A stretch of 32,000 nucleotides of DNA from the NCBI RefSeq assembly GCF_001652585.1, contig NZ_LWLG01000002.1, positions 90,001-122,000 on the forward strand, read 5' to 3'. Position 1 is the first letter of the stretch; each line of letters begins with the position of its first letter. A program made the translations under genes and the position numbers. This stretch comes from Thermosulfurimonas dismutans. Its GTDB lineage: Bacteria; Desulfobacterota; Thermodesulfobacteria; Thermodesulfobacteriales; Thermodesulfobacteriaceae. Shown piece by piece: positions 1 through 7,375 of the stretch. The notes beneath the pieces were generated by a model, which was given only the letters and a program-made list of their open reading frames with translations, ran no database searches and was not told the DNA's origin.

Positions 1-1422
1 TCCTAGAACATCGCGAATCTTGAGGTCAATTTTGGGCCCGTAAAAGACCCCTTCCCCAGGATCAATCTCATAAGGAAGACCCTTCTTTTCCAGAGCCGCC
101 CTTAAAGCCCCCTCGGCCTTCTCCCAGATCTCCTCTGAACCCACATACTTATCTGGACGGGTGGAGAGATAGATCTGGTATTCCTTGAACCCAAAGACCG
201 AAAGAAAGTGAACCACCAGATCCAGGACTTTGTAGAGTTCTTCCTCAAGTTGATCTTCACGGCAAAAAATGTGGGCATCGTCCTGGGTAAACCCCCTCAC
301 TCGAAGAAGACCATGGAGTACCCCGCTTCTCTCATAACGATAAACCGTCCCCAGCTCGCAGTAGCGAATAGGGAACTCCCGGTAGCTTCGCTTCCGGCTC
401 TGGTAAATAAGAATATGAAAGGGACAATTCATAGGTTTCAACTGATAAGCCCGCTCATCAATCTCCATGGGGGCAAACATATTTTCGGCGTAGAAATCAA
501 GGTGACCGGATATCTTCCAGAGATCCCGCAGGGCAATATGAGGAGTATAGACCAACTGGTAACCTCGCTTTAAATGCTCATCCCTCCAAAAGTCCTCTAT
601 TTCCTTTCTTACAATAGCCCCTTTGGGAAGCCAGAGAATAAGACCCGGGCCAATCTCCTCCTCAATACTGAAAAGCTCAAGCTCTCGACCAAGCTTGCGA
701 TGATCTCGCCGTTTGGCCTCCTCTAGCCTCTCAAGATAGGCCTTCAGGTCTTCTTTACGGAAGAAGGCCGTGCCGTAGATGCGCTGAAGCTGAGGATTCC
801 TCTCGTCTCCCCGCCAGTAGGCCCCAGCTACCGAAAGGAGTTTGAAGGCCTTGACTAACCCAGTGTGCGGAAGATGGGGCCCACGACAGAGGTCTACGAA
901 TCGATCCTGTTTGTAAATACTTACCGTTTCCTCAGGAATTTCCCGGATAAGTTCAAGCTTGTAACGTTCTCCCAATTCCGAAAAGAGCCTTTCGGCTTCC
1001 TCTCTAGAAAGCTCTTCCCGCACCAAGGGATAACGCTTTTTCACAATCTCTTTCATCTTCTTTTCAATGGCCTTAAGATCCTCCTCGGTGAAGGGCCTAT
1101 CATAATCAAAGTCATAATAAAAGCCTTCCTCGGTGGCTGGACCGATCCCGAGCTTTACCCCGGGGAAGAGCTCCTTCACTGCCTGGGCCAGAACGTGAGA
1201 AGCCGTGTGCCTTAAAATCTCAAGGGCCTCGGGCGATTCCGGAAAAATGGGCTTTACCTCGCCTCCATGCCTAACAGGGGAGTGCAAATCAAGGAGTTCC
1301 TCATCTATTTTAAAGGCCAGAGGTTTCTTTTCGGAAAGTTCGAGAAGATCAACCAACTCCCTTGCAGGAGTGCCAGCTTTCACCGCAAACTCTTTGCCCT
1401 CAAAACTTAGTTTTATTTCCAC
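1..1422 (-). CDS. thrS: Threonyl-tRNA synthetase, first 474 codons (3' end runs off the left window edge)
   Basis: Absent from the ORF track because its stop lies outside the window. Hand translation of the minus strand from GTG at 1422 (GAGG 8 nt upstream) gives VEIKLSFEGKEFAVKAGTPARELV (TGS-like start), LRHTASHVLAQAV, KPMNCPFH and LLRVRGFTQDDAHIFC (class II motif 2 as in ThrRS). The frame is open to base 1. The + strand ORFs 208..573, 865..1215 and 1205..1450 are antisense shadows. Confidence 0.92.
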   Translation of the reverse strand, partial: MEIKLSFEGKEFAVKAGTPARELVDLLELSEKKPLAFKIDEELLDLHSPVRHGGEVKPIFPESPEALEILRHTASHVLAQAVKELFPGVKLGIGPATEEGFYYDFDYDRPFTEEDLKAIEKKMKEIVKKRYPLVREELSREEAERLFSELGERYKLELIREIPEETVSIYKQDRFVDLCRGPHLPHTGLVKAFKLLSVAGAYWRGDERNPQLQRIYGTAFFRKEDLKAYLERLEEAKRRDHRKLGRELELFSIEEEIGPGLILWLPKGAIVRKEIEDFWRDEHLKRGYQLVYTPHIALRDLWKISGHLDFYAENMFAPMEIDERAYQLKPMNCPFHILIYQSRKRSYREFPIRYCELGTVYRYERSGVLHGLLRVRGFTQDDAHIFCREDQLEEELYKVLDLVVHFLSVFGFKEYQIYLSTRPDKYVGSEEIWEKAEGALRAALEKKGLPYEIDPGEGVFYGPKIDLKIRDVLG

Positions 1423-1438
1423 CTCCCCTACCTCTTTC

Positions 1439-1480
1439 GAAACAAAATGAAGGCCTCTCGGGAAGTTCCCCAAGAGGCCT
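1439..1480 (-). terminator. Strong hairpin plus U-rich tail between tRNA-Val and thrS
   Basis: Minus-strand RNA AGGCCUCUUGGGGAACUUCCCGAGAGGCCU forms 13 consecutive pairs (two G-U) with a 4-nt loop (1451..1480). It is followed by UCAUUUUGUUU (1439..1450). It lies 9 nt after the tRNA CCA end and 28 nt before the thrS GTG. Confidence 0.6.
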
Positions 1481-1489
1481 TTTTAACAA

Positions 1490-1564
1490 TGGTAGGCGCG
1501 GGCGGGATCGAACCGCCGACCTCTTGCGCGTCAAGCAAGCGCTCTCCCACTGAGCTACGCGCCT
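1490..1564 (-). tRNA. tRNA-Val (anticodon GAC), CCA encoded
   Basis: 75-nt cloverleaf folded by hand. Acceptor AGGCGCG/CGCGCCU; D arm GCUC-AGUGGGA-GAGC; anticodon arm CUUGC-UUGACGC-GCAAG (U33, anticodon GAC); variable AGGUC; T arm GGCGG-UUCGAUC-CCGCC; discriminator A; CCA. Confidence 0.92.
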
Positions 1565-1582
1565 TCCTTTGACATTTTTAAT

Positions 1583-1611
1583 CTTTTAGCAATCAAGCTC
1601 GGAATTGTCAA
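1583..1611 (-). promoter_or_regulatory. Candidate sigma-70 promoter for tRNA-Val (and possibly thrS)
   Basis: On the minus strand: TTGACA (1611..1606), a 17-nt spacer, then TAAAAG (1588..1583). The -10 ends 19 nt upstream of the mature tRNA 5' end. Pattern match only. Confidence 0.4.
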
Positions 1612-1966
1612 TAACCGTGATCCGCCTTCGCTTTTGGGGATTGGTTGAAAAGCCTCTATCGATCAGAGGCTGAAGCCAAAATATCAGGCAACGCCGTAGC
1701 TTCCTTAGCCAGAAAACGGTATCGCCGAGCAGATCTTCTACCGCTACCGTTGGCGGAAAAATACCGGGGTTCTCTCTTCGAAGCCAAGCACCTTATGGCC
1801 CTCAAGTCAAGCTCAAAGACCCTTGAACGAAAAAGATCTAATTTCTTTTAGTTCCTTTAGAATCCTGGAGAAGACTTTAATATTTTGGGTCATATCACGG
1901 TTAAATATAACTTATTTAGGAAAATTCAGTATTATAAATAGAACATATCTCCGACAGGCTAAATCG

Positions 1967-1982
1967 GATCTAAAATTAGATC
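1967..1982. promoter_or_regulatory. Inverted repeat GATCTAA-AA-TTAGATC upstream of the wHTH gene (possible operator)
   Basis: 7-bp perfect arms with a 2-nt spacer. It lies 10 nt before the TTG at 1993 and 55 nt before the ATG at 2038. Any function is a guess. Confidence 0.2.
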
Positions 1983-2037
1983 ACAAAGATGCTTGACGCT
2001 CAAGAATTCTCTTCGGTACCCTTTATTAAATTGTAGG

Positions 2038-2604
2038 ATGCAGGAAATTTTCTTTTTCCTAAAAACGTTAAATTCCCTTTCAAAGTGGAGCATTCTTTTT
2101 ATCGTCTATCATTATCCTGGTCTCTCAGGAAGGAAGATTTCGGATCTTTCAGGCATGGGTTGGGCCCCCATCAAAAACTCCCTAGACGAACTCTGTAAGG
2201 CCAAATACCTTATCCGTAAAAAAGAAGGACGTTGCTATGCCTACTTTCCCAACAACGACCATATTCTATATCCTTTTCTCAAAAAATTCTTTAAAGAGCT
2301 AAGCCACATTCACGAATTGATCTTCAAAGATCTCCTAACAAACGTCTTTCAAGACTCTAAAGAAGGGCTACTCACGCTCAAGTTAACCAATACGCATCTC
2401 TACCTTATCACCCTCACCAAAGAGGTATACAAGATTGAAGAGCACATCCGCAAACACTTAGAAAAACGCGGACTCGGAAAACTCGAGTTGAGACTTTTGC
2501 CCTACCAAAGTCTCCGGATTCCAGAAATATATCACGAAGTCTCTAAAGAGACCGGCCGAATCTTCGGCCTTACCCTTTCCCAATTAATGAATTTGCCCTC
2601 TTAG
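2038..2604 (+). CDS. Hypothetical protein with an N-terminal winged-helix-like DNA-binding region
   Basis: ORF-track ORF 1993..2604. I prefer the ATG at 2038 (MQEIFFFLKT...) over the TTG at 1993, though neither has a good SD. WSILFIVYHYPGLSGRKISDLSGMGWAPIKNSLDELCKAKYLIRKKEGRCYAYF reads like helix-turn-helix plus wing. The C-terminal ~110 aa have no motif I recognise. The 3' end overlaps the convergent GGDEF-EAL gene by 21 nt. Confidence 0.5.
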   Translation: MQEIFFFLKTLNSLSKWSILFIVYHYPGLSGRKISDLSGMGWAPIKNSLDELCKAKYLIRKKEGRCYAYFPNNDHILYPFLKKFFKELSHIHELIFKDLLTNVFQDSKEGLLTLKLTNTHLYLITLTKEVYKIEEHIRKHLEKRGLGKLELRLLPYQSLRIPEIYHEVSKETGRIFGLTLSQLMNLPS

Positions 2605-4758
2605 TTCTGGAGCGGGTTTACCGATATAATAACCTTGGGCATAATGCACACCGAGCTTTCGGAGTTCCTCCAGAAGAGAAGCCTCTTCCACGCATTCTGC
2701 CACGATCTTTATGTTTAAAAGCTTAGCCATAGTGGCTGCACTAGCCACAAAGGCCCGGTCTATCTCCTGTACTCGCATAGAACGCACGAATTCTCCCTCG
2801 ATCTTCACAAAATTAATGGGTAAATCTTTCAAATAGCGATAGGAAGAAAATCCAGAGCCAAAGTCGTCTAAAGCCAGCCGCATACCCCTACTCTTGAGCT
2901 TCAAAACTGCAGATTTGAGTTCCTCGAGATTCTTCACGGATTCCCTCTCTGTAAGCTCGATCACGATCCTTTCAGGAGGAAAACGATAACGCTCAAGAAG
3001 TTCTTTCAGCCGCTCCAGAAACTCGCTTCGCAAAAGGGTCCAAGGAGAGAGATTGAAGAACAGAAGAAAATCCCCAGCCGTCTCCGAGGCCTTGGATAGG
3101 GCCTTTTCCCAAAGGATCATTTCTAGCTGAGTGATAAGACCGGTCCTCTCGGCAGTTGAAATGAACTTCACGGCTGGAAAAACCTTACCCTCTTCATCTT
3201 GAATGCGCATGAGGACCTCGTAGGCCTCGATCTTTTTCTTCTCTAAGTTAAAAATAGGCTGAAAGAAGGGGATTACCATCTGTTTTTCCAGGGCTTCGAG
3301 GAGGGAAAGGTGCTGTCTTTCCCGGTTCTCAAGGAGCTGGACCAGATCGCCAGGCTCGGGTAGGCCCACTTTATTTTTGCCTAGGCCCTTGACTCGATAC
3401 ACGGCCTTGTCTGCCAGGGCTACAAGAGCGGCCCCATTTTGGGCATGATCCGGATAGACGGCCACTCCTACCGAGCAGGAAGCCTGGAGATCCTTACCGT
3501 CGGGGGTCTTAAAGGAAACTCGGTGCAACCTCTCAAGTAGTTTCCGGGCTATAGTACAGGCCTCTCGGTCATCGGTATAGGGTAAGATGGCCACAAATTC
3601 ATCCCCTCCGTAGCGGGCCAGGATATCCTCCTTGCGTAGATTTTTTTGGATGAAGTTCGCTAGGCTGGCCAGAAATTCGTCGCCGAACTTGTGACCATAA
3701 GCCTCGTTTATCAATTTGAAGTTGTCCAAGTCTATAAAAAGCACCGCAAATTTGTAATGGTGGCGCAGAGCCCTTTCTACCTCGGCCTCCAGCAGTTCCC
3801 TAAATACGCGCCGGTTGTAAAGGCCGGTTAAGAAGTCACGATTGGCGTAGTATTCTAGATCGCGGGTATAGGCCTCGATGGCTTTGACAGAGGTCACCAG
3901 ATTCAAAAGGGTAGTAAGAAGGCTTTCCAGCGAGAGGACCTTAGCCTCGTTTTCGAGCTCCTGACTTCTTACGCCCACTCCCACACCGCCCACAAGTCCC
4001 GGATTTTGAAGCATTACAACTTTGCACATCTGGGAAATTTCCTTGGGCCCAATATTAGTCTGAGAAACTTCCTTCTCAAAAAGATTTTCGTGTACGAAGG
4101 TCAGGGCTAAGTCCCCTTTCTCAGGAGAGATCTCGTTTTGCAGAATCTCGGAAATCATACTCTCAATTTCTTGCCGGTAGACTTCAAGCGCTGGACAGCA
4201 TTTAAACACATGAACCTTACAGTCCTTCTCCTCTTTAAAGGCCACAAAAAAGTAAGCGAAGTCAAAGATCAACTGCAATTTTTTAAGAAGCTGTCTCAGA
4301 AAAAAAGGCCAATCCTGGAGCACCTGCGGGGTCAGGACTAGTCTTTCGGCAAGCTGGAGTTCAAACTCCAGAACCTCTTTGTCCACCGCAATCTGCTTAA
4401 CTTTTTCCACTAACTCCAATATTTCTCTCTGAATCCGATTGAGATCCTCAAAGCCGGAATCGATCTCAGCAAAACGAGCCTGGGTGAGGTCTTCTAGCCG
4501 GTTCACATCGTGTACACCCTCTTCAAGGGTCCTCAAGGCCCGGGTAAATCGATGGTCAAGGAAAAAGACACCCCCTCCCAGGCCCAAAAGTGAAAGAAAG
4601 GCGTTAAAAAACAAGACCGCCCACAGCGAGGAAGGGGTATAGTCGAGGGACCGCAAGAAGAGGTAAGAGGCTGTGGCCATGGCCACGGCGATTAGCAAAC
4701 TCATACTGAGAAGGAAGATGGAAAAACGTCTTCTCAGAAAGCTCATCAAATCCCTCAT
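2584..4758 (-). CDS. Membrane-anchored GGDEF-EAL protein (diguanylate cyclase/phosphodiesterase)
   Basis: Two N-terminal TM helices, a HAMP/coiled-coil-like stretch and a ~170-aa unassigned sensor region. The GGDEF domain has an intact RYGGDEFV and an I-site RKED five residues upstream. EAL-domain motifs are EVLMR, ELTE, DDFGSGFSSYRYL, AECVE and QGYYIGKP. Confidence 0.9.
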   Translation of the reverse strand: MRDLMSFLRRRFSIFLLSMSLLIAVAMATASYLFLRSLDYTPSSLWAVLFFNAFLSLLGLGGGVFFLDHRFTRALRTLEEGVHDVNRLEDLTQARFAEIDSGFEDLNRIQREILELVEKVKQIAVDKEVLEFELQLAERLVLTPQVLQDWPFFLRQLLKKLQLIFDFAYFFVAFKEEKDCKVHVFKCCPALEVYRQEIESMISEILQNEISPEKGDLALTFVHENLFEKEVSQTNIGPKEISQMCKVVMLQNPGLVGGVGVGVRSQELENEAKVLSLESLLTTLLNLVTSVKAIEAYTRDLEYYANRDFLTGLYNRRVFRELLEAEVERALRHHYKFAVLFIDLDNFKLINEAYGHKFGDEFLASLANFIQKNLRKEDILARYGGDEFVAILPYTDDREACTIARKLLERLHRVSFKTPDGKDLQASCSVGVAVYPDHAQNGAALVALADKAVYRVKGLGKNKVGLPEPGDLVQLLENRERQHLSLLEALEKQMVIPFFQPIFNLEKKKIEAYEVLMRIQDEEGKVFPAVKFISTAERTGLITQLEMILWEKALSKASETAGDFLLFFNLSPWTLLRSEFLERLKELLERYRFPPERIVIELTERESVKNLEELKSAVLKLKSRGMRLALDDFGSGFSSYRYLKDLPINFVKIEGEFVRSMRVQEIDRAFVASAATMAKLLNIKIVAECVEEASLLEELRKLGVHYAQGYYIGKPAPELRGQIH

Positions 4759-4871
4759 CGGTCCTTAAACTCGGTAAGGCACTCGTTTTGAAGGGGAGAA
4801 TCCTTGATAAGTAAGACCATCGGAAAAGCGGACTGAAATTTAGAGAATTCCGTAAGGGCCTTTTACCCGGT

Positions 4872-5039
4872 CTAACGAATGGACCGATCGTAGGTCCGAA
4901 TCTCGTAGACGAGACCTTGCATCTCCCTAATCCGGGCCGTGGCATAAATGAAAGCTACTCTCCAGAAGAGGACGACCAGGCCCGCCATGAGAAACATAAA
5001 AGCCCTAATATTCAAACTAGTGAACCAACTGCCTAGCAT
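4872..5039 (-). CDS. Possible small single-TM protein (55 aa)
   Basis: Shortened form of ORF 4872..5177. The ATG at 5039 has GGGGAG 7 nt upstream. Product: MLGSWFTSLNIRAFMFLMAGLVVLFWRVAFIYATARIREMQGLVYEIRTYDRSIR, with one hydrophobic helix. The longer form would overlap ychF and read through a perfect palindrome. No homology evidence. Confidence 0.25.
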   Translation of the reverse strand: MLGSWFTSLNIRAFMFLMAGLVVLFWRVAFIYATARIREMQGLVYEIRTYDRSIR

Positions 5040-5051
5040 ATCCATGCTCCC

Positions 5052-5089
5052 CACGACTTTATGATCCATTAATGGATCATAAAGTCGTG
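5052..5089. repeat. 38-bp perfect palindrome CACGACTTTATGATCCATT|AATGGATCATAAAGTCGTG
   Basis: Read directly: the two 19-nt arms are exact reverse complements. It lies 26 nt downstream of the ychF stop. Neither side has a U-tract. Confidence 0.9.
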
Positions 5090-5115
5090 TCTGCAAAAAG
5101 TCAAGGAGAAACAAT

Positions 5116-6222
5116 TTAGGCTTTAAAGCGAATGTAAACGATGTCGCCGTCTTGAATAAGATAATCTCGGCCTTCAAGTCTTAAGCGCCCCTTCTGACGG
5201 GCTTCCGACAGGGAAGTGACCTCCAAATAATCTTTAAAATTAATGACCTCGGCGGCGATGAAGCCCCGTTCCATATCGGAATGAATCTTGCCGGCGGCTT
5301 TAACCACGGGCGTTCCCTGAGGTACGGTCCAGGCCCGAGCCTCCTTTTCATTTACGGTAAAAAAGGTCACCAGATCAAGGAGCCGATAGCCCTCCCGAAT
5401 AACTTTTGTAAGTCCAGATTCTTTAAGGCCATAAGCCGCAAGCATCTCTATCTGTTCCTCTTGGGAGAGCTCAGCAAGCTGAGCCTCAAGTTCCGCACAA
5501 ACACAAACCAAGGGTATTGCTTCCTCCTCGGCCTTCTTTTTAAGAGTTTTTAGATTAGCTTTCCCTTCCGGAAGATCGGACTCTCCAATATTAGCGATAT
5601 AAAGCACCGGCTTTAAAGTAAGCAGAAAAAGGACTTTTTCCGCGTAATCCAAGGTCTCTGACGAAAGTTCTTCAGTGTGTTTTCTTATTGGTTCCGCGGC
5701 CTCAAGAATAGTCCGCAGAGCTTTCAGATGCTCCACTTCCTTGCGGGCCGCTTTATCCCCGGATCGGGCAGGCTTGTCCACCCTAGCCAGCCTCTTCTCC
5801 ACGGTCTCAAGGTCTTTGGCTATTAGTTCCAGTTCCACGATCTCGGCATCTCGCACAGGGTCCACCGTGCCCTCTACGTGGGCAATATCTTCATCCTCAA
5901 AACAGCGCAAAACCAAGGCGATAGCATCCACCTCTCGGATGTGGGCCAGGAACTGGTTGCCAAGTCCCTCCCCTTTACTGGCATTTTTAACCAGACCGGC
6001 AATGTCCACAAACTCGATCACCGCCGGTACCACCCGGGCCGCCCCCTCTCTTTGAGCAATAATTTGCGGTCTTTCGTCCGGAACCTCCACCACCCCCACA
6101 TTGGGCTCAATGGTACAGAAAGGGTAATTGGCCACCTCGGCCTTGGCGGTCTGGATAAGGGCATTGAAAAGGGTGGACTTGCCTACATTAGGCAAGCCCA
6201 CAATACCTAATTTAAATCCCAT
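5116..6222 (-). CDS. ychF: Ribosome-binding ATPase YchF (Obg-like)
   Basis: N-terminus MGFKLGIVGLPNVGKSTLFNAL, then NYPFCTIEPN and DIAGLV. A coiled-coil insert and a TGS-like C-terminus (GRDYLIQDGDIVYIRF). 368 aa. Confidence 0.95.
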   Translation of the reverse strand: MGFKLGIVGLPNVGKSTLFNALIQTAKAEVANYPFCTIEPNVGVVEVPDERPQIIAQREGAARVVPAVIEFVDIAGLVKNASKGEGLGNQFLAHIREVDAIALVLRCFEDEDIAHVEGTVDPVRDAEIVELELIAKDLETVEKRLARVDKPARSGDKAARKEVEHLKALRTILEAAEPIRKHTEELSSETLDYAEKVLFLLTLKPVLYIANIGESDLPEGKANLKTLKKKAEEEAIPLVCVCAELEAQLAELSQEEQIEMLAAYGLKESGLTKVIREGYRLLDLVTFFTVNEKEARAWTVPQGTPVVKAAGKIHSDMERGFIAAEVINFKDYLEVTSLSEARQKGRLRLEGRDYLIQDGDIVYIRFKA

Positions 6223-6265
6223 AGTCGTCTGATTTTTAACCGGTTTACTTTTCAGCCAAAAACTA

Positions 6266-6283
6266 TATCCTTAAATAAGGATA
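6266..6283. repeat. Inverted repeat TATCCTTA-AA-TAAGGATA in the ychF/HNH divergent intergenic region
   Basis: 8-bp perfect arms with a 2-nt spacer, read directly. Role unknown. Confidence 0.5.
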
Positions 6284-6311
6284 ACAAAACTTTCAGTGGC
6301 CGGGTAGTCGT

Positions 6312-6917
6312 TTGAGGGGTAGAGAAAATATCCTTCAAGACAAGGTTCTGGTTCTCAATAAATATTACCAAGCTGTTCAAATTACTACCGTCCTCAGGGC
6401 TATTTGCCATCTGGTTAAAGGTACGGCCAAAGTCATTACCCCGGACTGGACCACCCACACTCTTGAGGAATGGCTTGAAGCCAGCCGGTTCTATAATAAC
6501 GGACGTCTCATTCGTAGTCCTTCCCTTTCTATAGTAGCACCTGACGCCATCTACCTCACCGCTTATGACAGGCTTCCACGGCTGGAAGTAGTTTTCAACC
6601 GGGCTAATCTTTTCATGCGGGACAACTACACCTGTCAGTATTGTGGGAAGTCCGTAAGGAACCCCAAAGATCGCACTATAGACCATGTTATTCCGCGCTC
6701 CCGCGGAGGCAAAACCGTCTGGACTAATGTGGTTCTCTGTTGTCGAAAATGTAATCTCAAGAAAGGCGATCGCACTCCCGAAGAAGCAGGTATGCAACTC
6801 CTAAAAAAACCGGAACAACCTAAATGGAAAAGTCTATTTCTCGAAAAATTTCCAGAAGAAAAGAAAGAAATCTGGAAACCCTTTCTGGATTTTGCCGGTC
6901 TTTATCCCGAACGCTGA
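6312..6917 (+). CDS. HNH endonuclease family protein
   Basis: CQYCGKSVRNPKDRTIDHVIPRSRGGKTVWTNVVLCCRKCNLKKGDR is a CxxC...DH...N...CxxCN HNH/zinc-finger core. The N-terminal VLVLNKYYQAVQITTVLRAICHLVKG region is typical of stand-alone McrA-like HNH proteins. TTG start. The antisense ORF 6252..6797 is rejected. Confidence 0.85.
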   Translation: MRGRENILQDKVLVLNKYYQAVQITTVLRAICHLVKGTAKVITPDWTTHTLEEWLEASRFYNNGRLIRSPSLSIVAPDAIYLTAYDRLPRLEVVFNRANLFMRDNYTCQYCGKSVRNPKDRTIDHVIPRSRGGKTVWTNVVLCCRKCNLKKGDRTPEEAGMQLLKKPEQPKWKSLFLEKFPEEKKEIWKPFLDFAGLYPER

Positions 6918-7375
6918 AGGATCTCCCGAGTATTGAGCACCACTAAAAGTCTTTCCGGAAGCTGACAAACATATTTTACAAACTTGCGATCAAGACCTTC
7001 GATCTTTTCCGGAGGTTCCTCAAGCGAGCTCACCGGCACTTCCAAGATGTCCCCTATCTTTTCCACCAAGAGACTTACTCTTTCGTCCTCCTCGTTGCGC
7101 ACAATAAGGTTATAAGAGCGTTCCCCTTCTGCCGAAAGACCAATCCTTTCAGCCAGATCTAAAGCCGTAAGCACTTGTCCCCTAAGATTTACAATACCTT
7201 TTATATAATCCGGTGAAAGAGGCACGGGCGTGGTCTCAAGATCTCGATTGATCTCAATAACTTCGGCAATAGGGAGTCCGAAAAGAAACGAACCCAGCCA
7301 GAAAGTTACGAAGGTCTCGGTCTTTTCGCCTAAGGCTGGTCTCTTCTCACTGCTTAATACCGGAAGTTCCGCCAT
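6902..7375 (-). CDS. cheW: Chemotaxis coupling protein CheW
   Basis: 157 aa. FVTFWLGSFLFGLPIAEVIEINRDLETTPVPLSPDYIKGIVNLRGQVLTALDL is a canonical CheW-domain core. Last gene of the che block. Confidence 0.9.
   Translation of the reverse strand: MAELPVLSSEKRPALGEKTETFVTFWLGSFLFGLPIAEVIEINRDLETTPVPLSPDYIKGIVNLRGQVLTALDLAERIGLSAEGERSYNLIVRNEEDERVSLLVEKIGDILEVPVSSLEEPPEKIEGLDRKFVKYVCQLPERLLVVLNTREILQRSG

Noticed and set aside
208-1553. Plus-strand ORFs 208..573, 865..1215, 1205..1450 and 1362..1553 from the ORF track
   Set aside because: They are antisense to an unambiguous ThrRS reading frame (1..1422, minus) and to tRNA-Val. Their products are low-complexity or have no motifs.
1490-1564. tRNA-Val as an integration site for a genomic island
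   Set aside because: No integrase, no direct repeat of the tRNA 3' end and no mobile-element genes were seen nearby. The neighbouring genes are housekeeping or regulatory.
1645-1851. 68-aa TTG-initiated ORF in the ORF-poor region
   Set aside because: It has no recognisable domain, uses a weak start, has a basic low-information composition, and coincides with hairpin-forming sequence. It is kept only as a caveat to the ncRNA/leader finding.
1620-1860. Assignment of the structured island to a known RNA family (tmRNA, RNase P, SRP/4.5S, 6S, T-box, or TPP/SAM/purine/glycine/cobalamin/c-di-GMP riboswitches)
   Set aside because: Partial look-alikes exist: GGAAGC near 1700, AUCAGAGG plus GGCAACG, and UUCUACCG. 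None reproduces a family's full set of conserved boxes by eye. A covariance-model search is needed before naming it.
4604-5177. ORFs 4604..4945 (113 aa) and the long form of 4872..5177 (101 aa)
   Set aside because: The first spans the GGDEF-EAL start and its upstream intergenic region, and its sequence is not protein-like. The long form of the second overlaps ychF by 62 nt and reads through the perfect palindrome. Only the shorter 4872..5039 version is retained, at low confidence.
6252-6797. 181-aa minus-strand ORF
   Set aside because: It is fully antisense to the HNH endonuclease gene, which carries clear catalytic and zinc motifs. The antisense product has no motifs.
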